A DNA stretch of 64,000 bases from contig DATDQB010000020.1 in the NCBI GenBank assembly GCA_035292445.1, forward strand, positions 27,484 through 91,483, given 5' to 3'. The DNA comes from Candidatus Omnitrophota bacterium (GTDB lineage Bacteria; Omnitrophota; Gorgyraeia; Zapsychrales; Zapsychraceae). Every line of letters begins with the position of its first letter. Positions within the stretch are counted from its first letter, which is position 1. The notes below the pieces were generated by a model. That model had not been told where the DNA came from, made no database searches, and saw only the letters and a list, made by a program, of their open reading frames with translations. The position numbers and the translations under genes are program-made. Below are positions 28,420-37,997 of the stretch, piece after piece.

Positions 28420-30832
28420 GGCGCTGACCCATTTCGGTTAAGGGGGTTATTATCTTTTTTTCACAATCCAGGAAAACCTGTTCGGATTTCAACAGCCTCT
28501 CGTATATCAACTCGCCGCATCCGATCGCCGCAGGAATGCCGAATTCAGCGCAGCGAATGGAAATATGGGAAGCCACCCCGCCGTACTTGGTGATGATGCC
28601 CATCGGGCTTTTGGCAAAGATCCAGTCAAAGCCCGGGTCCGCGTTCTCAAGAAGCACAATATGGCCGCTCAGGTCTATTTCTTGCATAGTCTTAATGGTG
28701 TTAAAAGGTAAGAGCTTCCCCTGGATGTTCTTTTTCGTAATAAAATTGGGCTTTGCTTCATAGGGGGCAACAAAGTAAAAATCTTTAACCGATGCAATTA
28801 CAGGGGGAAGTATCACCAAGTCATACCATTCCCTTTCCTTTTTATGCCGATCAATGCTTTGTTGGATCATGTGCCTGGCATAATGGTGGTCGCCCTTTTC
28901 CGGATTCCTGAATTTCATGAGCGTCGGCAGATCCGCGTGGCACAGCTCTTCCCGCTTAAACCCCAACAGCTCACCCGCCTCGGCAATGAGCTCAAGCGCG
29001 TCGCTGAGGCTCTTGGTGAACTCAAACTTCGCATATTCCCGGTTTTCGGTCGCTGATCTGATGAAATTCAGCAGATCTTCTGCCTTACCGTTAAGGCCGC
29101 GCTCGCGCATAGCATCCGTAATCCGTTGATATACAGCCGGAGAGACTTCAAATTTATGGTCTGGCCGCTTTGTCGCTTTGGATGCGGCTTTTTGGCTAAA
29201 AAGGTGCGATGACTGGTCATAACGCGGCGTTGTAATGTCATAGGTCCCCGCGCGCAGATGGCCATAGCGCTTCAGAAAATCCTTTTTGGAAAGTTTTCCG
29301 TCCTGAAATAAATAGGAATCGTCATTAAACTGCGAGGCGACCGTACGGATGGAATTGAAAAAATCATGGTAAAAATCTTCCGTGATGACCCCCTGGTCCT
29401 TTAGACTGTTCAACAAACTTTTTGCAATGAATGCCAGCCTTGCCTGGCGAGAAAAAGGCAGCGTGCCGTATTTCTTGCAGTTTTGCAAGATATGGAATGC
29501 CGTATTCAATATTTCCCAGGGTGTCTTTTCCTGTTTCTCATGAAAGGCAATGATCTGCTCGCGCCGATCAGTAAGAAAACGGACCATATCAAGGTCTTCT
29601 TGGGAGATCCTTTGGTAATCCTGAAGAAGCCTCGCCGTTAAGCGCTTGATCGCCTGCTTAAACTCATCGATCCCCCCCCTTGTGAAACCCTCTTGCAGGA
29701 GAGCCTCGAGGGATCTGTCTGTCGAGAAATCATAACATGTCCAAAGGATCTCAAATTCCACCTTATCCTGAAGCGACGGATTCTTCTTTAATTTCCCTAA
29801 ATAAAAATTGATCAGCTTTTCTCTCAGATCGTCAGAAATGTCGACCGGTGTCAGCGAATTGAAACTGATGCGGGTATCGATATAGGGCTTTTTGGCAAAC
29901 GACACCATGAGCTCAGCGGGAAAAACATCATAATACCCAAGCGATGTCCTGGCCTCATGCCAGATCTCATCGGTGACAATGAAACTATAGATGGTATAGT
30001 CAAGCGTGTTGGGGCGGCTTCCGATGATCTCCGATGGGTTCCAATCCGGCATGTCCCCGAACACGGTCCCCTCCCCGGCCAAATGCGGTATCCGCCGGGA
30101 ATACCGATTGAACTTTTTGGCCATGTCGATGATCAGATGCTCGACAAATTCATCTTGAGGGATTTCCAACGCGCTGTTAGCCGCCAACGGCCGCACCTGG
30201 AAGATCACCACGCGATTGGACCGCGTGATCGCGAATTCAATATCAAGCACTTGGCCGGAAAATAATGCCTCGATCTCTTTAACAGCCCTCAATAAATTCG
30301 CCCATTTCTCCTCCAACTCGCTTCCATTGAAGTGGGATATATAAACCGTCTGGCCTTCCATGCCTCCTGTCACCGTGTCCGTCCTGCCGCTTCTCTCATC
30401 AAAATTAATGACATAATACGGCGCGTTGGTGCCGATCTGCCGGGTGAAAATAACGCCGCTCACGATGATATCCCGCGTCTGCGGCTGGATAAGGATCTGG
30501 TCATCCTTGGTATGGACTTTTGATTTGCTGTATGAGGCAACAACGCGTTCAACGGCTTCCCTGATATGCTCCGGCTTGGGCTCGACATTCAACTCGCTAT
30601 GAAAAGCTCCGGCCTGTGATTGAAGCTGTGTGTCCTCGGCGAAAGCGGAGCTGCGCACAATAAGTCTTTCCGATTTGAACCGCTCACAGACCGCTTCGAC
30701 CACTTTCTCTTTGCCGTTCACCCATTCATGGACGGTACAATAGAAAATGTCTTCGATCCGGGAGTTCTTTACCCTCGGTTTCAACCAGTTCAGCACGTTT
30801 GTTTTTGATAATCTTTCTATTTCAGATTGCAT
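28412..30832 (-). CDS. PEP-synthase / pyruvate-phosphate-dikinase-like phosphotransferase lacking the PEP-binding barrel; by context a Cj1418-like L-glutamine (amide) kinase
   Basis: 806 aa. It has an N-terminal PPDK_N/ATP-grasp hallmark (LIVRSSAFAEDTQLQSQAG) and a C-terminal phospho-His swivel domain (KYGGVASHISIRCAEFGIPAAIGCG). There is no TIM-barrel PEP domain. Confidence 0.7.
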   Translation of the reverse strand: MQSEIERLSKTNVLNWLKPRVKNSRIEDIFYCTVHEWVNGKEKVVEAVCERFKSERLIVRSSAFAEDTQLQSQAGAFHSELNVEPKPEHIREAVERVVASYSKSKVHTKDDQILIQPQTRDIIVSGVIFTRQIGTNAPYYVINFDERSGRTDTVTGGMEGQTVYISHFNGSELEEKWANLLRAVKEIEALFSGQVLDIEFAITRSNRVVIFQVRPLAANSALEIPQDEFVEHLIIDMAKKFNRYSRRIPHLAGEGTVFGDMPDWNPSEIIGSRPNTLDYTIYSFIVTDEIWHEARTSLGYYDVFPAELMVSFAKKPYIDTRISFNSLTPVDISDDLREKLINFYLGKLKKNPSLQDKVEFEILWTCYDFSTDRSLEALLQEGFTRGGIDEFKQAIKRLTARLLQDYQRISQEDLDMVRFLTDRREQIIAFHEKQEKTPWEILNTAFHILQNCKKYGTLPFSRQARLAFIAKSLLNSLKDQGVITEDFYHDFFNSIRTVASQFNDDSYLFQDGKLSKKDFLKRYGHLRAGTYDITTPRYDQSSHLFSQKAASKATKRPDHKFEVSPAVYQRITDAMRERGLNGKAEDLLNFIRSATENREYAKFEFTKSLSDALELIAEAGELLGFKREELCHADLPTLMKFRNPEKGDHHYARHMIQQSIDRHKKEREWYDLVILPPVIASVKDFYFVAPYEAKPNFITKKNIQGKLLPFNTIKTMQEIDLSGHIVLLENADPGFDWIFAKSPMGIITKYGGVASHISIRCAEFGIPAAIGCGELIYERLLKSEQVFLDCEKKIITPLTEMGQRHA

Positions 30833-32069
30833 GCGATACCTTCTTGTTTCCGGTCACTTCAAAGACCTTCTCCCCCATGACTTCGGCCAGGTATTGTGCG
30901 ATCAACTGATTTCCTTTTTTTGTAATGTGGCCCCCATACAGATCCTCTGTATAAAAAGTCGCCAAATCCTGCTTAAGAATAAAATCGCTTAGATCAATGA
31001 CGGTCATCTCCTTGCCGATCTCTTGGTAGAATGGACGATAAGCAGATCCCCTCTTAAAATGCACAATACGCTTTAGGTCCATAAGCTGCGGTATAACGAC
31101 GATGACGGGCTGATGCCCGCGACCTTCGGCCCCGGCCTTGAAACGCATCAAAATGGATTTTAACAAAGCACAAGATTCTTTATCAGAATACATTTGATGG
31201 GCTTGATCGATATTACCCTCCATAATGATCTGAAACGGCCTGTTCTCGAGCGTCGAATTGGAACGCTTCACGGACCGCGCCAGAACCCGGACAATGAGGC
31301 TTGCGATCAGCCGGCTGTTCCTTTTAAAATTACGAAAATAACTTAGCGTGTAAGGAAAACGGAATTGCATATGCCGAAACTTTGAGGCGTAAAACCCGTC
31401 GTTTTTCCGAAGGTCTCTCAATTTCGGTTCCAGCTCTCTAAAATCCTCTTGTGTTTGCATCACGTTCGGTAAAAGCTCCAACTGTCCGTCTTTGAGCACG
31501 AACCTCGGCTTGAAAGCAAACGTGTTACCGAACTCCAGATAATGCTTCCAATACGACTGCACGCGGCAGATCGTCTCCGGGACAAAGGAGAATATAACAA
31601 TCTTCACCGAATCCGCCAGCTGCGTCCGCTCATAACGTAACAATGTTTGGTCAACCCCGTAATTTCCCACCCCGTAATTGGACACGCCGATACCTAACAG
31701 CTGCGTCAAATAGACCTGCCAAGTCTCGTCGTCATTGACCTGCCGGCAAAAATTGTAAGAATCCCCGAAGGTGGCGATTGTCTCTTCTTTATCCGCCAAC
31801 AACGGATTTGTCCTGCCGCCTTTGGCATCGATCGTGAACGTCGTACGAACGTCGCGCGCCTTTTCCGCGCCCGAGGTATGGGGCCTTCGCACCCATCCTA
31901 ACTGCCCATCGAAGCCGTGATTGAAAAACTTCTCCAACCCCTGCTTGTCCAAAGCCGGCAATTCATCTGCTTCCGTGATAAGCCATTGGAAATCCCTGTG
32001 CAAATATTTGATCAGCGCAATAAAAGCCACCTCAAGCAATATAATTCCTATTAGGATAGAGTAGATCAT
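30822..32069 (-). CDS. Membrane-anchored SGNH/GDSL-family hydrolase (candidate glycan O-acyl esterase/transferase)
   Basis: 415 aa. It has an N-terminal TM helix and a GDSL block-I TIATFGDSYNF. The size and anchor resemble AlgJ/AlgX-type proteins. Confidence 0.5.
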   Translation of the reverse strand: MIYSILIGIILLEVAFIALIKYLHRDFQWLITEADELPALDKQGLEKFFNHGFDGQLGWVRRPHTSGAEKARDVRTTFTIDAKGGRTNPLLADKEETIATFGDSYNFCRQVNDDETWQVYLTQLLGIGVSNYGVGNYGVDQTLLRYERTQLADSVKIVIFSFVPETICRVQSYWKHYLEFGNTFAFKPRFVLKDGQLELLPNVMQTQEDFRELEPKLRDLRKNDGFYASKFRHMQFRFPYTLSYFRNFKRNSRLIASLIVRVLARSVKRSNSTLENRPFQIIMEGNIDQAHQMYSDKESCALLKSILMRFKAGAEGRGHQPVIVVIPQLMDLKRIVHFKRGSAYRPFYQEIGKEMTVIDLSDFILKQDLATFYTEDLYGGHITKKGNQLIAQYLAEVMGEKVFEVTGNKKVSHAI

Positions 32070-33154
32070 CGCTCTTCTTTCGCCAAAAGATGCCTGGCGC
32101 GGCCTCCATTAACATAATCCCATCGTAAAGGGCTTCCCTTTTTAATATTCTTGATAGCCTGCTTTCCCCAGAATTTATCGGCATATTTGGGGCTCAATCC
32201 ATGGCCGGGCCTGATGGAGCGGACATTGTTCTCATCAAACTTCTCGCCCTTTTTGATGTCCCTGACCGCAAACAACGACCGCCTGAAAACACGGCTTTTC
32301 ATTTCCTCTTGGCTAATGACGTTCTTTTCCTGGCCTAACGCTTTCTCCACAAGCCGGATATGATCAACCAATGTTTTCAGCTCATGCGGATCGATGGAAA
32401 AGAAACTATCCGGTGTCTTGTGCCGCTTCGATAGAATAAAATGCTTTTCAACGAGGACCGCCCCCAGGGTAACGGCAACCAATGCCATGTCGACCCCTAA
32501 AGTGTGATCGGAAAACCCAATGGGGCACTTAAATCGTTCCTCCATCGCCGGAATAGCGCGTAAATTCATCTCCTCAGGAATTGCCGGATAATTGCTGACG
32601 CATTTTAATAGAATGATCTCTTTTGCCCCTGCTTCGCGTGCCGCCTTAACAGCCTCTTCTATTTCCTGTTCGGAAGCCATGCCGCTGGACATAATTAATG
32701 GTTTCTTGGTCTTGGCGGCATACTTGATCAATGGTATGTCGACCAATTCAAAGGAAGAAATTTTGTGCGCCGGAACATTGAGATCTTCCAACAGATCAAT
32801 GCTCGTTTTATCAAAAGCCGATGAAAAAAAGCAGATCCCTTCATCGTCACAAACCTTTTTCAGCTTCTTGAACCAATGCCACGGGGTATAGCCCTTTTTA
32901 TAAAGCTGATACAAAGTTTGCCCGCCCCATTTGGGATGTTTGACCTGAAAATATTTGTTACTGCTGTTCAATGTAATGGTATCCGGCGTATACGTCTGGA
33001 ATTTCACCGCATCGGCCCCGCAGGCCTTGGCCTCTTTGATCATGTTGACGGCACGGTCGAACTTTTGGCCATGATTGGCGGAGATCTCCGCGACAATAAA
33101 TGCCGGGCAATTGTCACCTATTTGTTTATTGCCGATACGTATTTTTGTCATCAT
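32066..33154 (-). CDS. NeuB-family nonulosonic acid synthase (sialic/pseudaminic/legionaminic acid synthase), copy 1
   Basis: 362 aa. IVAEISANHGQKFDRAVNMIKEAKACGADAVKFQTY is present, followed by a C-terminal SAF domain. Confidence 0.85.
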   Translation of the reverse strand: MMTKIRIGNKQIGDNCPAFIVAEISANHGQKFDRAVNMIKEAKACGADAVKFQTYTPDTITLNSSNKYFQVKHPKWGGQTLYQLYKKGYTPWHWFKKLKKVCDDEGICFFSSAFDKTSIDLLEDLNVPAHKISSFELVDIPLIKYAAKTKKPLIMSSGMASEQEIEEAVKAAREAGAKEIILLKCVSNYPAIPEEMNLRAIPAMEERFKCPIGFSDHTLGVDMALVAVTLGAVLVEKHFILSKRHKTPDSFFSIDPHELKTLVDHIRLVEKALGQEKNVISQEEMKSRVFRRSLFAVRDIKKGEKFDENNVRSIRPGHGLSPKYADKFWGKQAIKNIKKGSPLRWDYVNGGRARHLLAKEER

Positions 33155-34611
33155 TTATCCTTTAGATAAACAAGCGCTTTGGACCTGACATTCTTGACCG
33201 TCAAATTCTTCCGGAACTCAAATCGGGCCTTTTCAAAGGCGCGGATCGAGGCGGCATTCTTTTCCTTTATGATCGCCGTCACGGAACGGATATCGCTTCT
33301 TTGCCTTAACAAACGATCGACACTGCGCGAAATGACAGATGGGCTTAAGCTCAACCCTCTGATAGAGGGATCCAAACTGATACTAATAACAGCGTCCTTA
33401 CGCGCAGGGTCCACTTGGAATCGGATTTGCCCTTGCACGTCTTCTTGACCGTTTAAAACATAGAACATGCAATTCTTATCCTTTAACTTTCCGTCAAACC
33501 ATTTCAAATGCTCATTCCAACGAATCTTGCGGGTATTCGATGAATTGGCCCGGGCCAAAGGATCATTGGATATTTGAAATATCCTTTTAGCATCCTCATA
33601 TCGGGCTTTTCTCAACTGGAATCTACCCTTATAGTAATGGAAAAGTACATCCTGAATGATCCGCCTCGCGCCAAGGCCATCCACCAACGATTGTCCTTTA
33701 AAGGACCTTTCCCGTCGAATGGCTTCACTCTTATAGGCCAACAAGGTCTCCTTAAGTTCATCCATCAAACGGGGATGGTTCGAGCGTCCAATATAGGCGA
33801 CGAACCCCAATCGTTCATACTTCTTGATGTTCGGTAGCTGATTGTCCGCCAAGCATAGAGCTATCGTTGGGACCCCCATGCCGGCCAGTTCGTTCAACGT
33901 TTGTCCACCGGCGGAAATGCACAGATCCACCTTGGCCATGAGCCTTCTTAGATCTTTTGCATTTAAAAAAGGATAGGCCCTGATGTCCGTGGACCGGCCT
34001 GCATGAACGGGGCCGATGACATGGGATTGTAACCCGCATTCTCTAACAACACGAATGATCCTATCCATCAGATCCCTGTTCCTGGTCCCTCCTAGGCTGA
34101 TCAAAATATGAGCCAAATCTTTACGAATATTTTTCTTCTTCTTAAGGTTAAAACCATTTCTAAGCATCGCATAACGCTGGCCAATGAGATATTGCAAGCC
34201 CTTGCGATTCCTGTACCCCACGTCCCTTTTATCGCTGATCGTCGCATTAATGACCGCATGCGCATCATAGGCCAGGCGATCATAGTCATCGAAGACAACG
34301 ACGAACGGCTTTCGGTCGCTGGCATAGAGTTGGCGATAGAACGCTAGCGGCGCCTGATAGGAATCGACAAAGACGATCGTATCCTTCTTTAAATTCTTCA
34401 ACACGCTGCGAGATCGCTTCAACCAATCGATCGATTCATAGGGGCATCCCGCTTCTCTCATATATTTTCGACCATAAGCATCGGCCCTGACGAGAAATCG
34501 CACGTTCATCTTAGGCTTAAACGTTGCAAACCCCTGGAAAAGGCTTAAGCACCTGCTTAAATGGCCAAAGCCCTGTTTCTTCCCGCCTTCTGTTAATATA
34601 CGGATGTCCAT
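33151..34611 (-). CDS. Bifunctional PseG-like UDP-sugar hydrolase / PseH-like GNAT N-acetyltransferase fusion
   Basis: 486 aa. The N-terminal GFGHLSRCLSL motif is the PseG G-x-G-H-x-x-R signature, and the hydrolase domain spans about 320 aa. The C-terminal 150 aa form a GNAT fold (QIRFQV...ISISLDPSIRGLSLS...ASIRAFEKARF), resembling PseH. Confidence 0.6.
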   Translation of the reverse strand: MDIRILTEGGKKQGFGHLSRCLSLFQGFATFKPKMNVRFLVRADAYGRKYMREAGCPYESIDWLKRSRSVLKNLKKDTIVFVDSYQAPLAFYRQLYASDRKPFVVVFDDYDRLAYDAHAVINATISDKRDVGYRNRKGLQYLIGQRYAMLRNGFNLKKKKNIRKDLAHILISLGGTRNRDLMDRIIRVVRECGLQSHVIGPVHAGRSTDIRAYPFLNAKDLRRLMAKVDLCISAGGQTLNELAGMGVPTIALCLADNQLPNIKKYERLGFVAYIGRSNHPRLMDELKETLLAYKSEAIRRERSFKGQSLVDGLGARRIIQDVLFHYYKGRFQLRKARYEDAKRIFQISNDPLARANSSNTRKIRWNEHLKWFDGKLKDKNCMFYVLNGQEDVQGQIRFQVDPARKDAVISISLDPSIRGLSLSPSVISRSVDRLLRQRSDIRSVTAIIKEKNAASIRAFEKARFEFRKNLTVKNVRSKALVYLKDK

Positions 34612-34613
34612 CT

Positions 34614-35393
34614 CTATTTCCTTACAGGAATCCCCTGCTTTTCCATATCTTCTTTACATGTCATCGGTGTAATGCTCGTAAAATGAAAGATGCTGGCAGC
34701 GGATACGGCCGAGGCCCCTTGTTGGATCGCGGCACTGCAATCACTGGGGCTCGCCGCTCCTCCCGCCACAATTAAAGGAATATCCCTGACGATGGAGGCC
34801 GCATACCGGATCAGATCCAGATCGTACCCGCTCATTTTTCCGTCCAGATCCACGTTATTGAGCAATATCTCCCCGACTTTACAATATTCCATCAATATTT
34901 TAAGGACCTCTTCAAAGGTATAGCGGATCTCACGCCCCGCATGGGAATACAACTTATACTGGCCATCCTCCCCTTTTCGAACATCGATGGATGCGACAAT
35001 GCATTGGCTTCCAAAGACCTCGACCGCCTGTTTGACGACATCAATGTCGTCAAAAATAATCGTGTTCAGCGATACTTTATCCGCTCCCGCCTCCAACGCG
35101 TTGGCGATGTCTTGGCAGGACCTTAAACCACCCCCTACAGTTAACGGCATAAAACAATGGTCCGCAACAGTTGAAACGGTATGCAGGTCAATGCCCCGAC
35201 CCTTTTTGGAGGCGTCGATATCCAGTAAGATCAACTCATCAATGTTACGGTTGTTATACACCCTGGCCACCGTTATCGGATTGCCCAGATTGCGACGGAC
35301 ATCGAACTGGATCGTTTTAACGACGGAATAACCGTCCAACAGGACAAGCGGTATGACGCGGTGGCGCAACATGATCAATATTTCCCCTTGCAA
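34614..35393 (-). CDS. HisF-like cyclase subunit (imidazole-glycerol-phosphate-synthase-like; acetamidino-sugar amidotransferase component), copy 1
   Basis: 259 aa. RVIPLVLLDGYSVVKTIQF...DELILLDIDAS...PLTVGGGLRS is present. Confidence 0.8.
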   Translation of the reverse strand: MQGEILIMLRHRVIPLVLLDGYSVVKTIQFDVRRNLGNPITVARVYNNRNIDELILLDIDASKKGRGIDLHTVSTVADHCFMPLTVGGGLRSCQDIANALEAGADKVSLNTIIFDDIDVVKQAVEVFGSQCIVASIDVRKGEDGQYKLYSHAGREIRYTFEEVLKILMEYCKVGEILLNNVDLDGKMSGYDLDLIRYAASIVRDIPLIVAGGAASPSDCSAAIQQGASAVSAASIFHFTSITPMTCKEDMEKQGIPVRK

Positions 35394-35986
35394 AAATTTT
35401 CAAGTAACTTAAGCCCGGCCTTTTGGCTTTTCTCCGGATGGAATTGAAAACCTAAAATGTTCTCCTTTTGGACGCCGGCAATAAAATCCTTCCCGTAATG
35501 GCAGGTGGCCGTTTGGACCTTTTCATCGGGAACGAATTCGTAACTGTGCACGAAATAAAAACACGGGGCGGCCGGCATGTTATCAAATACAGGAAAATTG
35601 CCAAAACTCACATCATTCCATCCTATGTGGGGCAGCTTGACGCCGTTAAGGCTATGGCGCAAATGGGACACCCTTCCTTTAATAAGGTCCAACCCTTCGC
35701 TTGGCCCGCCTTCTTCCCCTTGGCTGGCGAGCAGTTGCATCCCCAAACAAATGCCCAAAATGGGTGTCTTATCTTCGATAACTCTTTTTCTGATGGCCTC
35801 ACGCAATCCCGTCGATTTTAAACGGCTTGAACCTTCGGCAAAACTTCCGACACCAGGCAAGATCATCTTTTCACAATTAATGACGTCTTCAAGACGATCC
35901 GACACTTTATGTTCCACGTTCAAGAACTTGAGCGCACGGCTGACGCTGGCAATATTGCTGATCTTTAGATCGATGACCGTGATCAT
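35375..35986 (-). CDS. HisH-like glutamine amidotransferase subunit
   Basis: 203 aa with a GATase1 fold (ILGICLGMQLL). It forms a pair with the HisF-like gene. Confidence 0.8.
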   Translation of the reverse strand: MITVIDLKISNIASVSRALKFLNVEHKVSDRLEDVINCEKMILPGVGSFAEGSSRLKSTGLREAIRKRVIEDKTPILGICLGMQLLASQGEEGGPSEGLDLIKGRVSHLRHSLNGVKLPHIGWNDVSFGNFPVFDNMPAAPCFYFVHSYEFVPDEKVQTATCHYGKDFIAGVQKENILGFQFHPEKSQKAGLKLLENFCKGKY

Positions 35987-37179
35987 TTATTAGGCTCCTT
36001 GAGCGAAACGGCCCTTACCATATCAAGCGATTCATCTTCAGAAATATCATAGCCATAATCGGTCTTCGTCAACCGGCCGTTCTCCTTAACTAAATTTCCC
36101 TTCGCATCGCAAACAAAAATCTTTTTGTTGGTGAACCGATCGAGCGTGGCCCAAAATTCTTCTTCCGTGATATTCAAATACTTGATGAAATCCAGAATAT
36201 ACCTCATGGGCAATTCGCCGTCATATTGGCGGGCAAGTCTTAAAGCCTTATCGCGCGATATATTGCCCCGGCGAATCTCCAAGCTGAGCTGGTCCGTTGC
36301 CCGGGAATACCCGTATTTTAGGAACTTCATGTAATCATGCAGGCCGCTGGCCCATTTACAGTCAAGGTTCTCGTAATCAAAATACGCGTTCTCGACGCGG
36401 CCGTAAGGGCAGGCCTTCCATCCCAATGATTTCATCATTTCCGCGTTCTTGGCGCCATTCCATGGCAGATAGTAACCAAGGAACAATCCCGTAACGCCGA
36501 CCTCTTTTAATTCCTTGTCGCTGGGATATTCAAAAGTAATCAAATCCTTGCGGTCGAACCCCTCTTCATAAAGATCCGATATCCGGTACCCGTACATCTG
36601 GAATTGTTCAAGCCAGTTGCGGTCCAAATAATTATTCTCCCGTTTGGCCGCCGGGCCGCCGTACTCGAACTGGGAATTCTCTCCCCAAATGACCAGCGGC
36701 ACTTTGTATTGGACCGCGACACGAATGGGTGCCGTAAAAATGCCGATATGCTCCGGCCAGCAACTATCACCTAGATCAAAAAATCCTTTGCGGACCATTT
36801 CCCGGTATGCTTTGCGGTTGGCCGATACGAACAGAACATCGAAACCAAGCTCCCGAAGGTACAATAAATTTTCTTTGCCATGCTCGGTCATTTCGCAAGG
36901 CACATGATTGACGCACAATGGGTTCATGCCGTATTTGTATTTCATCGTATAGGCCTGGAAACAGCTGTCCTTGCCACCGCTCACGGGAATGATGCAGTCC
37001 CACCAAGTCCCGTTCTTGTTACGGTAGCGCTCCAGGACCTCGATAAATTCCTTTTCGCGGCCGGCCCAATCAATTTCCTTTTTACGAAGGGCCGAACGGC
37101 AAGCGTCGCAAATTCCATGCTCGTCGAAGACCTGCTCGGGCCGCGTGTCCGGCATTATGCAGTTATTGCAGTATTTCAT
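35983..37179 (-). CDS. N-acetyl sugar amidotransferase (PP-loop ATP pyrophosphatase, WbuX/LPS-biosynthesis family), copy 1
   Basis: 398 aa. It has an N-terminal zinc ribbon (CNNC...CDAC) followed by the PP-loop IIPVSGGKDS. Confidence 0.8.
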   Translation of the reverse strand: MKYCNNCIMPDTRPEQVFDEHGICDACRSALRKKEIDWAGREKEFIEVLERYRNKNGTWWDCIIPVSGGKDSCFQAYTMKYKYGMNPLCVNHVPCEMTEHGKENLLYLRELGFDVLFVSANRKAYREMVRKGFFDLGDSCWPEHIGIFTAPIRVAVQYKVPLVIWGENSQFEYGGPAAKRENNYLDRNWLEQFQMYGYRISDLYEEGFDRKDLITFEYPSDKELKEVGVTGLFLGYYLPWNGAKNAEMMKSLGWKACPYGRVENAYFDYENLDCKWASGLHDYMKFLKYGYSRATDQLSLEIRRGNISRDKALRLARQYDGELPMRYILDFIKYLNITEEEFWATLDRFTNKKIFVCDAKGNLVKENGRLTKTDYGYDISEDESLDMVRAVSLKEPNK

Positions 37180-37915
37180 TGTATTTGCGATCCGTTCTTT
37201 GCTTTGTCAGCTTTTCCAAATAAAAATTAGCCAAAAGGATATCATCCGGCGTGTCTATTTCCAAAGTATAGATCTTCTCTTTCTGGACCACCGGTATAAT
37301 TTCCTTGCATAAATAAACATGGGCCTTTCTGATCCCGATCGTTTCATATAGATTTTTTGCCCGTACCACGATGACGGAACCGTCCAATAAATAATGGTTC
37401 GAGAACTCCTGCCTTCGGATGGCGTACACATCGCTTTCAAGCGGTTGCAACCGGTTCTTTTTATTCGCCACCTTCATTAATTCCGGGCGTTGTTCCACCT
37501 CATAGCAAGTGACGCATGAATCGGCATCATCCGCTTCAACGAGTCGCTGAACAACCTCGTCAATAAGGCCCTGCGGCCGGAAAGGAACATTGGCCTGCAG
37601 CCAAACAACGATATCGGCGTTGTAATTCTGTGTTTTTTTCAAATGTTCCACCGCATGAAGCAGCGCTTCTTCAATGGGGGAATCGTCTTTCGCGTACTGG
37701 GCCGGCCGGTCGATCACCTCAACTTTGTAACGATGCAGGACATTTTCCTTAATGAGCGGGCAATCCGTGGAAATAACGACCTTATCGAGCAGTTTCGCTT
37801 CCAACGCCGATTCGATGGTGTAGCCGATAAGCGGCTTCCCGTTCAGGTCCATGATATTCTTGTTTTTGATCCCTTTACTCCCCCCGCGGGCGGGAATTAT
37901 ACCTACGATCTTCAT
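37163..37915 (-). CDS. Acylneuraminate (nonulosonate) cytidylyltransferase, CMP-sugar synthetase, copy 1
   Basis: The signature MKIVGIIPARGGSKGIKNKNI is present. The likely start is the internal Met at 37915. Confidence 0.85.
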   Translation of the reverse strand: MKIVGIIPARGGSKGIKNKNIMDLNGKPLIGYTIESALEAKLLDKVVISTDCPLIKENVLHRYKVEVIDRPAQYAKDDSPIEEALLHAVEHLKKTQNYNADIVVWLQANVPFRPQGLIDEVVQRLVEADDADSCVTCYEVEQRPELMKVANKKNRLQPLESDVYAIRRQEFSNHYLLDGSVIVVRAKNLYETIGIRKAHVYLCKEIIPVVQKEKIYTLEIDTPDDILLANFYLEKLTKQRTDRKYNEILQ

Positions 37916-37997
37916 ATTGTCTCCCGTCATTCTTTTTTTCTATTCTGACGAGGCTCGCCCGCCAAAATTAATTTATTTTGGCGAGGCGGCCTATTAT

